Numbered from the stretch's first letter, positions 29,490 through 38,703 are shown. The stretch is 64,000 nucleotides of DNA from an uncultured Nitrospina sp. (GCA_913045445.1 CAJWQP010000003.1:6860-70859); one strand, 5' to 3'. Notes: generated by a model from the sequence alone, not told the origin. Translations and numbers: made by a program.

Positions 29490-31037
29490 ATGGAATTGAA
29501 AATCAACTACGAAGACATGCTTTGGACAGCCCTGAGTCCTGAGCTGACAATATTATTTACGGCGTTTTTTCTCTTGCTCATAGGACTGAAGAAAAACTTC
29601 AACACCAACGAATACCTGTCCAAAGCAACACTCGTGGGTATTATCATAGCGCTCTTTTTCTCGTTTGCGTTATGGGGAGGCGCTCCGACTGCGGAAAGTG
29701 GCATGTCACCGGACATGTTCAGCAAATCTCTGATTCACGACAAGTTCGGTCAAACATTCAACATCATCTTTCTGCTCATGGCGATGTTTGCGATCCTGGG
29801 CTCGGTACGGTACCCACAAACCGGGCATGAAAATAAAGCGGAGTATTTCGCGCTCGTTCTCATGGCAGTTGTGGGAATGATGTTTCTCGCAAAATCCGGA
29901 AACCTGATCACCGCGTTTGTCTCACTCGAAATTTTTTCCATTTCCCTGTATATCCTTTGCGGGTTTTCAGCCAAACATGGCACTGGGAAAGAACATCCTT
30001 CTAATGCGCCGGAGCTGAGCTGGGCAACTCTTGCTTCCCAGGAATCGACAGTCAAATACCTGCTGACAGGTGCTTTCGCGTCTGCCATTCTCGTATATGG
30101 AATGGCGCTGATTTATGCCGGCACCGGCACAACTGAAATTCGTTTCATAGGCGAACTTTTGCATTGCGATGAAATGGGCGAGTGCGTGAATCCTTACAGC
30201 CGCAACACACTCGTTTATATTGGGATGGGGTTATTATTTGCCGGGCTTGCTTTCAAAGTTTCTCTGGTCCCGTTCCATTCGTGGACACCTGACGTTTATC
30301 AGGGAGCGCCAACTCCTATAACCGGGTTTATGTCCGTTGCCACAAAAGCGGCGGCCTTTGCATTGATAGCAAGAGTTTTTTTCACTGCGTTCCCGGAACT
30401 GAATAAAATATGGATGCCTATACTTTTCGGTGCGTCAGTCATCACGATGCTCATTGGTAACATTGCGGCCATTTTTCAGGACGATGTCAAGCGAATGCTG
30501 GCCTACTCGGGTATTGCCCACGCCGGGTATCTGCTGATAGGCATCGTTGCCAACAGCCATGATGGAGTAGCAAGCCTCATATTCTATCTCAACGTATACC
30601 TCTTCATGAACATCGGAGCGTTCGCAGTTGTTTTTATAATGGAAGGAGAAGGAGCAGAGGGAAACTCCATTTCTCGTTTTAAAGGCCTGGCCAAAAACCA
30701 TCCCCTGATCGCCGGGGCAATGAGCCTGTTCATGCTGTCGCTTGCCGGGTTCCCACCCACTGCGGGCTTCTTTGGCAAACTGTATGTCTTCATGGCCGCC
30801 ATTAAGCAGGGATACATACTCATCACCATCATGGCGGTAATCGCCACTGTGATTTCAGTATATTTTTATCTTCGAATCATCGTCATGATGTATTTTCATG
30901 AAAAAGAGGGCAGCGAACATGTGCTTGTCCCAAAAGGCATGGCAACTATCATAGCCGTAAGCTCAATCGCTATTATCCTGATCGGATTCTTCCCTTCCGG
31001 CTTCATGCACCTTGCACTAGAGTCGATTCCCTTCTAA
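29490..31037 (+). CDS. nuoN: NADH-quinone oxidoreductase subunit N (displaced from the nuo operon)
   Basis: 515-aa antiporter-like protein with NuoN hallmarks (VPFHSWTPDVYQGAPTP, LSLAGFPPTAGFFGKLYVF, SVYFYLRIIVMMYF). Confidence 0.85.
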   Translation: MELKINYEDMLWTALSPELTILFTAFFLLLIGLKKNFNTNEYLSKATLVGIIIALFFSFALWGGAPTAESGMSPDMFSKSLIHDKFGQTFNIIFLLMAMFAILGSVRYPQTGHENKAEYFALVLMAVVGMMFLAKSGNLITAFVSLEIFSISLYILCGFSAKHGTGKEHPSNAPELSWATLASQESTVKYLLTGAFASAILVYGMALIYAGTGTTEIRFIGELLHCDEMGECVNPYSRNTLVYIGMGLLFAGLAFKVSLVPFHSWTPDVYQGAPTPITGFMSVATKAAAFALIARVFFTAFPELNKIWMPILFGASVITMLIGNIAAIFQDDVKRMLAYSGIAHAGYLLIGIVANSHDGVASLIFYLNVYLFMNIGAFAVVFIMEGEGAEGNSISRFKGLAKNHPLIAGAMSLFMLSLAGFPPTAGFFGKLYVFMAAIKQGYILITIMAVIATVISVYFYLRIIVMMYFHEKEGSEHVLVPKGMATIIAVSSIAIILIGFFPSGFMHLALESIPF

Positions 31038-31074
31038 ACTCATCGCGTCTGTGTTAAAACAGTCCACTAAAACC

Positions 31075-31560
31075 TGATGAGCCCGTTGCCCTTTACAACA
31101 TGGGCGTGGTCTACGCAGAGAAAAAAGATTATCAGAAGGCCCTCAAATACTGGCTAAAAAGTAAAAGTGTCAAAGCAGACAATCCGGTCTTTCTGGCGGG
31201 GCTGGGTTGGGTGTATGAAAAATTAAATAAGACAGACAAGGCCATCGAAGAGTACAAACTCTGCATCCAGGCCGACCCTTTTAATCACGCATTCATTTCA
31301 CACTCGGACAATTGGCTGCACTTAAGGGAGAGGATAAAGAGGCAATCGATTCATTCAAGAAAGCGATCAACATCGACCCAGGTTATGTAGAAGCATATTA
31401 CAGAATCGGATTGGTCTACGGTAATTTACAGGAAGGTGAAAATGCTATCACCAACACACTGATAGCAGAAAAATTTTACCGGCGATAGGATGATAAAGAA
31501 ATGGCTTCTCATGCGGGTAAAAACATTCGGCTATTCCTGAATAAATACCATTTACGATGA
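31075..31560 (+). pseudogene. Decayed TPR-repeat gene
   Basis: The TPR reading starts without a start codon right after an in-frame TAA. A frameshift near 31285 moves it from ...ADPFN to SRIHFTLGQLAALKGEDKEAI.... An in-frame TAG sits at 31486-31488, and TPR-like sequence continues to 31560. Confidence 0.65.
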
Positions 31561-31649
31561 GATGACTTTGCCACCATGAACTTCCCGATGCGCTAAAGAA
31601 AGTAGTCAGGAAAAAACGTCGGCGCAGATAAAATTTGATTTTTCCTTGA

Positions 31650-32087
31650 TCAACGCTCCAGTATAAAAGTTACAGGCCCGTCATTAACCAACTTCACTTC
31701 CATATCTGCTGCAAACCTTCCAGTACCCACCTTGAGTCCTGATTGAATTAACAGCTCAACAAAATATTCGTACAAGGTCCGTGCAGTACCAGGATCGGCC
31801 GCCTGATCGAATCCCGGACGTCTGCCGCGCGAACAATCACCGACAAGAGTAAACTGCGAGACAACAAGAATTCCGCCACCCACATCAAGAGACGAAAAGT
31901 TCATTTTCCCCTTGTCATCCGGGAAAATCCTCAAATTCAGAACTTTGTCTGCAAGGAACTCCGCCTGCCCCTCGCCATCCCCTTTTTCCGCGCCAAATAA
32001 AATAAGGACCCCCTTATTGATACTGGATATTTCTTCCCCATCAATAGCGACAGAGGCACTGGACACACGTTGCAGAATCAGTTTCAC
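31650..32087 (-). CDS. dtd: D-aminoacyl-tRNA deacylase
   Basis: 145 aa with MKLILQRV...SQFTL.GD...G.RP.F, typical of Dtd. Confidence 0.9.
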   Translation of the reverse strand: MKLILQRVSSASVAIDGEEISSINKGVLILFGAEKGDGEGQAEFLADKVLNLRIFPDDKGKMNFSSLDVGGGILVVSQFTLVGDCSRGRRPGFDQAADPGTARTLYEYFVELLIQSGLKVGTGRFAADMEVKLVNDGPVTFILER

Positions 32088-32197
32088 AGATTTGGAGTCT
32101 TCTAAAATACTAACAAAATGACACCTTTCGGCAAGCTCCCCAGATGGGGTCTTTGATGAAGGGCGACATGTCTCAATTCAGGGTGATACAACACTCT

Positions 32198-32344
32198 TTA
32201 TCTCGCCCTGAAAATCCGGGCCACCGTACCCCCCTGATCGATCCGGGCTATTACCTCACTACGACACTTGGGACATTTACCTTCGTAAGCATTTTTTTCC
32301 TTGTTGATATAAATACGATGGTAAATATTGCAACACTCAAACAA
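32198..32344 (-). CDS. Possible small zinc-ribbon-like protein (48 aa, below the ORF-track cutoff)
   Basis: My own translation gives (M)FECCNIYHRIYINKEKNAYEGKCPKCRSEVIARIDQGGTVARIFRAR. It starts at TTG with GGAG very close upstream, and lies between yjbQ and dtd on the same strand. Confidence 0.25.
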   Translation of the reverse strand: MFECCNIYHRIYINKEKNAYEGKCPKCRSEVIARIDQGGTVARIFRAR

Positions 32345-32376
32345 GACTCCAATGAATTTTTTTGCCTAAGTCATTT

Positions 32377-32808
32377 CTAACAGGAGGCCCCCATCATCTG
32401 AATCAGAACATTTCTTGTCCGCGTCTTATTATCAAAATCGCATAAAATAATCTGTTGCCATGTCCCCAACTGCAAATCACCCGCCAGAAAGGGAATGGTG
32501 AGAGAAGCGCCCATCAGTGCCGCGCGCACATGGGAGAATCCGTTACCATCGCCCCATCTTGTATCGTGAGCGTAATGAAGATCAACGGGAGCCTGCCTTT
32601 CGATAGCCTTTTTAAGATCATCGATAGCTCCCGGCTCATATTCAATTGTAGTTATACCAGCCGTTGAACCCGAAACAAATACCGTTGCGTTTCCATTCAA
32701 AAGATTGGAATCCGACACTCTCTTTTGAACCTGATCGGTGATATCCAGGATATCGCCAAACCCGGCAGTCTCAATCTTAAAAGTACCTGTTTTTAATTCA
32801 ACGCTCAT
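32377..32808 (-). CDS. YjbQ/UPF0047 family (secondary thiamine-phosphate synthase) protein
   Basis: TVFVSGSTAGITTIEYEPG ... NGFSHVRAALMGASLTIP ... LGTWQQI motifs of the YjbQ family. Confidence 0.85.
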   Translation of the reverse strand: MSVELKTGTFKIETAGFGDILDITDQVQKRVSDSNLLNGNATVFVSGSTAGITTIEYEPGAIDDLKKAIERQAPVDLHYAHDTRWGDGNGFSHVRAALMGASLTIPFLAGDLQLGTWQQIILCDFDNKTRTRNVLIQMMGASC

Positions 32809-33704
32809 CGCAATGTTGAAAGAACTTTCATTTTAGAATTGATAAAAACTTTGTGCGAGATACGCATGGCCTTGGTAATCCGCCGGATTTCTTCCGTTTC
32901 TTCATGAGAAAGTTCCCCGTCAGCCCCGGCAATCGCAAACATACAATCGGCTATATGAACCCTTTCGTTGTATGTCGTCAAATTGTTTAGCTCTGCCGTT
33001 ACTTCATGAAAATCAAATCCATGACGAGCCTGCTCTGAAATCACCTCAAACAGAATCTTTAGCTCCTTACCCTTGAACTCGAAGCGATCAGACAATTCTT
33101 TTTTCAGCGCCTTTTTTTCCGACTCATCAAAATGCCCATCAACCTGCGCAACCGCCGCCATCAACGTTCCAATGAGGCAAATGAAATATAACTTATCATC
33201 CGGTGAATTCATTTTAATGCCCTGCCTTGCCGTCTTCAACTCTACTTTTTTAAGAACCTTTCGCTTGAAATACTTTTCCAAATCGGGGTCCTTCTCACTC
33301 ACTTTGGAAAATATAGTTTTTTCCAGTAAATTACGAATTCTCCCCAGCGATCTTCTAGTGACAGAAGATTTCTGAATCAGTTTACGAAACTGGTTCACCA
33401 ACTCCTTTTCTTCATCCCCCACCCTTCTAGCCGCCTGCTCCATAGATTCCAGGGCATTCAGAATCTCTTCTTTTTCTCTTGAGGAGTCCAACTCATGAAT
33501 TAACTGGTCATACAGCTCTTTTTGCTCTTTCTTTGAAACGGGAGCGGCAAGATAATGTTTTAATTCCGCAAGCTCATCTTTATCCAAATTAAATTTTCTA
33601 TAAAAAGACTTAAGGATATTCAACTCAGACTGGGTCACCTCCCCGTCGGCCCAGGCAATCGTGGTTAAAACTTTAAGAAACGTAAGTTTTTTAAAATAAG
33701 ACAT
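32805..33704 (-). CDS. Tandem TerB-like domain protein
   Basis: Two copies of a TerB/DjlA-N-like module (IAWADGEVTQSELNIL and IAGADGELSHEETEEI). The stop overlaps the yjbQ start. Confidence 0.7.
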   Translation of the reverse strand: MSYFKKLTFLKVLTTIAWADGEVTQSELNILKSFYRKFNLDKDELAELKHYLAAPVSKKEQKELYDQLIHELDSSREKEEILNALESMEQAARRVGDEEKELVNQFRKLIQKSSVTRRSLGRIRNLLEKTIFSKVSEKDPDLEKYFKRKVLKKVELKTARQGIKMNSPDDKLYFICLIGTLMAAVAQVDGHFDESEKKALKKELSDRFEFKGKELKILFEVISEQARHGFDFHEVTAELNNLTTYNERVHIADCMFAIAGADGELSHEETEEIRRITKAMRISHKVFINSKMKVLSTLR

Positions 33705-33741
33705 TGTGCCTTTCCATTTAAAATAAAATGTTATACCAAGC

Positions 33742-35010
33742 TCACTTCACCCTGTTCAGCCATAGCTTGGGCGTACTTTTCCCTGCCGAGACACCCAGTA
33801 TGTCAAGAAACCCATCACCATTGATATCGCCAAAGGTCATATTTTTTATAGGACCCGTTTCGGGAAACCGTTTGTTCGTTTCCACACTAAAATTCCATTT
33901 CCCCAACCCGACCATATAGTGCGGTCCTTTTCTACCAAGAATGATCGCATCGGGAATACCCGTTCCATTAGCATCCAGGAGGTAAACACGAAACGCAGAT
34001 TCAGCAGGCAGTTCCCTGTTCGATGTTTTACGAAACCGTCCGTATCCGTCATTTTCCAGAAAATAGCATGTCTCTCCAGGATAACTTTGATAACGCTTAT
34101 TAATGGTCGTGTTTATAACCAACAGGTCATTATCACCATCCTGATCAAAATCTGCCCAATCCGCATGAGTGCTTTTATCCAGAATTCTAGGAAGCAGGCT
34201 ATTCGTCTTATCAACAAACTGGCCTACCCCATTATTCATCAACAACCTATTCTGCCCGTTGCCGTACATAAGAAATACATCAGGCAGACCATCTCTGTCG
34301 TAATCGGCAATACTTGTACCGACAATTCCGGCTGGTAGCATCGGCCACAAGAGAGCGGTCACATTCTTAAATTTTCCCTCGCCGTTATTGACCAGTACCT
34401 GACCCTGCCGCTTGTCAATTTTTCCGTTTCCAGTCAACACCTTTTTTCCGGTAAATATGAGGTCGAGATCCCTGTCCTGATCAACGTCGACCAGGTCAAC
34501 ACGATCCATACTTTCAGGAATAAAAGGTAATTCAACATTGGGTCGAGAAGAAAAATATCCCTTGCCATTGTTAAACAGAACTTTTGCCGAACCTTTTTTT
34601 GAGGAAGAAGTGATTAATATCAGATCATCCGTTCCATTTCCGCTAACATCTCCCTTAGCCAGAAAGCGAATAGCCTCATCCACCCGCTGAACCTTGCTGG
34701 CCCCCTTATTTCGCCCAATTCCTTTTTTTCCTTCATTGAAAAGAATTTTGATTCTGGCCCCATCTCCTGGCACAGAGACAAACCAAATCAGGTCGGAGCC
34801 GGGAATTCGATCCACCCTTGCGAAAGTCGCTCCCTGCAGGGAAACTTTATCGCTGGGTAGATAGTGGTGAGAGACATCCTGAAAAAATTGCAGGTCCGGG
34901 TTTTCAGCGACCCTCCGTTTTTGAGAACAGCCAATTGCAAAGCTGGAAATCAAAATAAAGTAGAGCACTTTAGTCAAACATGGAAGGTGGTAAATCGGGT
35001 TGGGAGACAT
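33742..35010 (-). CDS. FG-GAP/VCBS repeat lipoprotein
   Basis: Lipobox FAIGC. Repeated calcium-binding-like DxDxDG motifs (DYDRDGLPD, DFDQDGDND, DINGDGFLD). Confidence 0.75.
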   Translation of the reverse strand: MSPNPIYHLPCLTKVLYFILISSFAIGCSQKRRVAENPDLQFFQDVSHHYLPSDKVSLQGATFARVDRIPGSDLIWFVSVPGDGARIKILFNEGKKGIGRNKGASKVQRVDEAIRFLAKGDVSGNGTDDLILITSSSKKGSAKVLFNNGKGYFSSRPNVELPFIPESMDRVDLVDVDQDRDLDLIFTGKKVLTGNGKIDKRQGQVLVNNGEGKFKNVTALLWPMLPAGIVGTSIADYDRDGLPDVFLMYGNGQNRLLMNNGVGQFVDKTNSLLPRILDKSTHADWADFDQDGDNDLLVINTTINKRYQSYPGETCYFLENDGYGRFRKTSNRELPAESAFRVYLLDANGTGIPDAIILGRKGPHYMVGLGKWNFSVETNKRFPETGPIKNMTFGDINGDGFLDILGVSAGKSTPKLWLNRVK

Positions 35011-35175
35011 CGACCTCCAATCCCTCGAAAGCGGTCATGCTCCAAGGAATAGGTTAATTTCAAGCTGAAAAAAAGGCATTATAAACAATTACCTTTGGCC
35101 GAACAACGTGATTTAACAAATGTACTGTAAAGATTTTTTATTTTTCGCGCCAGAAATACACAAGCGATTCTTTTT

Positions 35176-35991
35176 TTATGAAGTAGAGATAACCCCTGTC
35201 GAACAAGCATCAGATGCAGATCTGGCAAGCTCACAAGAGCTCAAACTCTCCTGACTCCACCTTCCCGGAAAGGCACGGGAAAACCCCTGTTTTAGTGCCT
35301 GTAAAACTTCTCGGTAACCCACTTCTCTACCAAGACATTCGGACAGGGTAACCACCCGGTTGTTTAATATATCCATTGATTTGAAACGAGAATCTGCCGC
35401 CTCATATTTAAACAGAGAGTTCAAGAGCGACCTGTCGCAATTAATGAGTATGGAACCATGTTGAAGAAATGCCTTCTTTGTCCGCCGCTGTGCGCTGCCC
35501 ACCAGTTTGGCTCCCTGCACTTCTATCTCCCAATGATTGATACTGGATAAACACGAAGGCGAACGAGAAGAATTACGGATTTTTTCAGCCTTTCCTGCAG
35601 ATGCGAGAGCCGCTTCTTGAACACCTATTATCTCAAGCCCCTCAAGTAAGGCCTGCGCAATGACCCGATAAGCTCCTAGTAAAGAAGAAGGAAAGTGAGG
35701 GTGCGGCACAGGTGCCGTAAAACTATAAGTTACTTCATGATGGTGTAATAAGGCTCTACCTCCTGTGGGCCTGCGCACTATCTGAATACCCAGTACCCGG
35801 CACCTCTCAATATCTATTTCCCTGTCAATATCCTGAGCGTACCCCACCGTCAGCGTAGGTCGTTTCCAACTGTAAAGACGCAGAGTTGGCGGAGCCTCAC
35901 CCGCTTCACAAGCGGTAAGAATAGCCCTGTCTACAGCCATATTTGATATGCCATCTCCAGGACCCTCTTCAATCACTCGCCATTCAGGCAT
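35176..35991 (-). CDS. Lipoate-protein ligase / octanoyltransferase family protein (BPL/LPL catalytic domain)
   Basis: NMAVDRAIL, TLRLYSW, VRRPTGGRALLH and KLVGSAQRR motifs. I chose ATG 35991, preceded by GGTAGGGG. The tracked ORF begins at a weak TTG at 36075. Confidence 0.75.
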   Translation of the reverse strand: MPEWRVIEEGPGDGISNMAVDRAILTACEAGEAPPTLRLYSWKRPTLTVGYAQDIDREIDIERCRVLGIQIVRRPTGGRALLHHHEVTYSFTAPVPHPHFPSSLLGAYRVIAQALLEGLEIIGVQEAALASAGKAEKIRNSSRSPSCLSSINHWEIEVQGAKLVGSAQRRTKKAFLQHGSILINCDRSLLNSLFKYEAADSRFKSMDILNNRVVTLSECLGREVGYREVLQALKQGFSRAFPGRWSQESLSSCELARSASDACSTGVISTS

Positions 35992-36135
35992 ATTCGCCCC
36001 TACCTTAAACAATGGACTAACAGAGCAGACTTTTACTTTGACTCTCTCCGCTTCATCCTGATAATATTTATTCAATCAGTTGATTATAATTCCTCACAGC
36101 AACCGCCGAAAGAATCCATTCACCCGGGAAACATT

Positions 36136-37215
36136 GTGAATCAGCGTATTGCCAAATCACTCATCCTGATAGTTCTACTGCTTGGAGTCCCCCTTCCACT
36201 GTCAGCGCACGAAAACCTCCCGGACATTCGATTAGAGGCAAAGGAGTATCCGCACATATTAAAATGTGAAACGGCCTGTCACAAGGTTAAAAATATATCC
36301 CTGGCGAAAACACATAGAACAACGCGGCCTGAATGTCAGCAATGCCATGTTGGAATTGACAAAACCCCTGCCTCTCCATTTTTGTCGCCCGACAAAGTTT
36401 TCCTTCCAGGAACTTCAGGGCTGGTAAAAAAACCCGATCACCAGCTTGCATTTTCTACCACGAAAAACACACCCGCATCGAATGCCCCTGCCTCTACCGT
36501 AACTGCTAAAGTTCTGCAGAAGAAAACCGCAGGGGAAACAGATTCCATGGCACTGATTCCCGAAGGAGAATTTATCATGGGGTCCAACGAGAGATGGGAT
36601 GATGAAGCGCCAGAATACATCGAGTCGACAAAAAAGTTTTTTATCGATCTAAAGGAAGTGAGTAACAGCGATTATGAAAAATTCACCTTGGCCACGAAAC
36701 GGGAAGTTCCCTATCACTGGCCTGGTGGAAAAGTTCCAAAGAAAAAGGAAAATCACCCCGTGACTTATGTAAACTGGTACGATGCTAAAGAGTATTGCCA
36801 GTGGAAAGGCAAACGGCTTCCGACGGAACAGGAATGGGAAAAGGCCGCCCGTGGCGAAAACGGAAATATTTATCCATGGGGCAACATTTGGATGACAGAC
36901 AAATCTAACCATCCCTACAAAGGTTCAACGGGTACCGAACCGGTGGGCTCCTATCCCGAGGGACGAAGCCCCTATGGGTTGTATGATATGTCTGGCAACG
37001 TGTGGGAATGGGTCGATAGCTATTACCTTCCTCATCCGGGGAACACCGTTACCCGTGGCGAATACGGCAAAGACAAAAGGGTGTTGAAAGGTGGGTCCTG
37101 GTTCGATTGTCTGTCCTACGGATGTGGTTTGAGCGCCCCAACTTTCAACCGAAGCTTCTTTACTCCTGAAGTGAAAAATAACAGCTTCGGGTTTCGCTGT
37201 GCCAAGACCCCGTGA
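36136..37215 (+). CDS. FGE-sulfatase (SUMF1/EgtB-type) domain protein with N-terminal heme-c-type motifs
   Basis: Signal peptide. CETACH (36265-36282) and CQQCH (36334-36348). The C-terminal half has GNVWEWVDSYY, RVLKGGSW and FGFRCA. Confidence 0.75.
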   Translation: MNQRIAKSLILIVLLLGVPLPLSAHENLPDIRLEAKEYPHILKCETACHKVKNISLAKTHRTTRPECQQCHVGIDKTPASPFLSPDKVFLPGTSGLVKKPDHQLAFSTTKNTPASNAPASTVTAKVLQKKTAGETDSMALIPEGEFIMGSNERWDDEAPEYIESTKKFFIDLKEVSNSDYEKFTLATKREVPYHWPGGKVPKKKENHPVTYVNWYDAKEYCQWKGKRLPTEQEWEKAARGENGNIYPWGNIWMTDKSNHPYKGSTGTEPVGSYPEGRSPYGLYDMSGNVWEWVDSYYLPHPGNTVTRGEYGKDKRVLKGGSWFDCLSYGCGLSAPTFNRSFFTPEVKNNSFGFRCAKTP

Positions 37216-37466
37216 ACAAACTTAAAAGTATGAATTGACCTGCAAATCATTTGATCTAAAGATATATTCGAAAGTTCTATATGATTTCAATGCCCCCGCC
37301 ATCGGCAGAAAAACCAGCATCCGAAACATGAAAAATGGTATCGAGTTTGTCATACGTAAATTCTACCACAGCAGGGGATAGCTAACCAGCTGATTTCTAA
37401 AGCCCTACTGGACAAAACATTTAAGCCGTCAAGAATCTGCACGCCAACTCTTTTTAATGCCCGACA

Positions 37467-38417
37467 TCACTTTGAGGAACCGTTGTTTCGATCCAGAGTG
37501 GATTTGAATGATGAGAACAGGTTTTGGATAGGAGGGATTAACTTTTCTTTCAGGTCTTCGGGCACGTAATTTATCTTCTCGACTGGCCAGTCTTCGACCC
37601 GCCTTACATTCAGATTTTCTTTGGAGTAGGATTCTTGCAAAGCTTCTTCGAATCCTATAATCAATTTATTTTCCCGTACCTTGAAAAACAATTCTCGAAT
37701 CAGAGCCGGATCAAACAGGCCTTCAAGAAAATGATTAACCATCTCATCAATAACAGGTTGAGAGTTCTCCTGAAAGTCGGGTGAAAAAGCATTCTCCAGA
37801 GTGCGGTAAGTGATGATCACGTCCTGCAAAAGGAACTTGATATCCTTCCAGTCGCGCTTCATGATGGGTTTTTTCTTGACGTTAAAGTTTTCCCTGAACT
37901 CTTTAACATTTCGAATAGCATCATGAATAATCGACTCTTCCCACGAAACATGGTTCCAGATGAAGAATCCGCGTAACCAGTTCACACGCTTGGATGCATC
38001 GACCATGTGCAAGGTGAGACTGGGTTTCTTACGGTTGCTGTAGGGCAGGCGCCCTCCCCACATATCCAAGTCCAGTTCCAGCCCGTACGGACGAAAAGCA
38101 TTGATTATGGAAATGTAATAATAACCCACCAGGTGCTCCATATTCTCACGCTGGTCGAGCGGACTGTTCTGAGGCAAGTTAACGATACAGTAAAGTCGCC
38201 AGATTCTGCGTTGAGCCTTCCCATCGTCATCGGCTATTAGGTAAGTACCGCCCCAAACACCTGAGGTAATGGGAATATCGAGTTGGTGGTTTTCTTTCAA
38301 CTGAAGGGAAACGCAACGGGCGATGTCCGCATATAATTCATTGAGATAGTACAGGTTGATCCGATCATCCTCTGTGAAAACGGGACCGGAAGCCTGGGGT
38401 ATAACAGGTGGCATCAT
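37467..38417 (-). CDS. Hypothetical protein
   Basis: 316-aa ORF divergent from recA. No motif recognised and no signal peptide or TM helix obvious. Confidence 0.55.
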   Translation of the reverse strand: MMPPVIPQASGPVFTEDDRINLYYLNELYADIARCVSLQLKENHQLDIPITSGVWGGTYLIADDDGKAQRRIWRLYCIVNLPQNSPLDQRENMEHLVGYYYISIINAFRPYGLELDLDMWGGRLPYSNRKKPSLTLHMVDASKRVNWLRGFFIWNHVSWEESIIHDAIRNVKEFRENFNVKKKPIMKRDWKDIKFLLQDVIITYRTLENAFSPDFQENSQPVIDEMVNHFLEGLFDPALIRELFFKVRENKLIIGFEEALQESYSKENLNVRRVEDWPVEKINYVPEDLKEKLIPPIQNLFSSFKSTLDRNNGSSK

Positions 38418-38703
38418 GAGACAGCAAAACCTACAAGGGCGTGATTGAAAAAGACAAGAGAAATCAGGATTTTATAATTATTTTAACCAACCGTAAAGGT
38501 TTATTCCTTAACCCGTGGCGACACTTGTCATCGGGCCGATAAATTCCTTGCCATTTGGCCTCACTCCCTCTATAAACGGAATGTAGAGGTGCCTGAAAAC
38601 TTCAGCGTTAATAGAAAAACCGTACCCCGTTTTCCGGGAAGAGCTTTTAACGAACCTGGGAAAAGATATTTTGACATAGTCTTGAATATATAAAGGAGAA
38701 ATA

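Noticed and set aside
14101-31100. A simple inversion between the two scars (14.4 kb and 31.07 kb) as the explanation for the nuoN displacement
   Set aside because: Undoing such an inversion would place nuoN upstream of nuoA, not after nuoM. The 14.4-kb relic is a same-orientation copy of its neighbour rather than an inversion breakpoint. No inverted repeats or transposase flank the block.
36136-37466. Diversity-generating retroelement idea, because FGE-sulfatase/C-lectin folds are common DGR targets
   Set aside because: I see no reverse transcriptase gene in the window. The 250-bp sequence downstream of the gene shows no similarity to its 3' end (37081-37215) that could serve as a template repeat.
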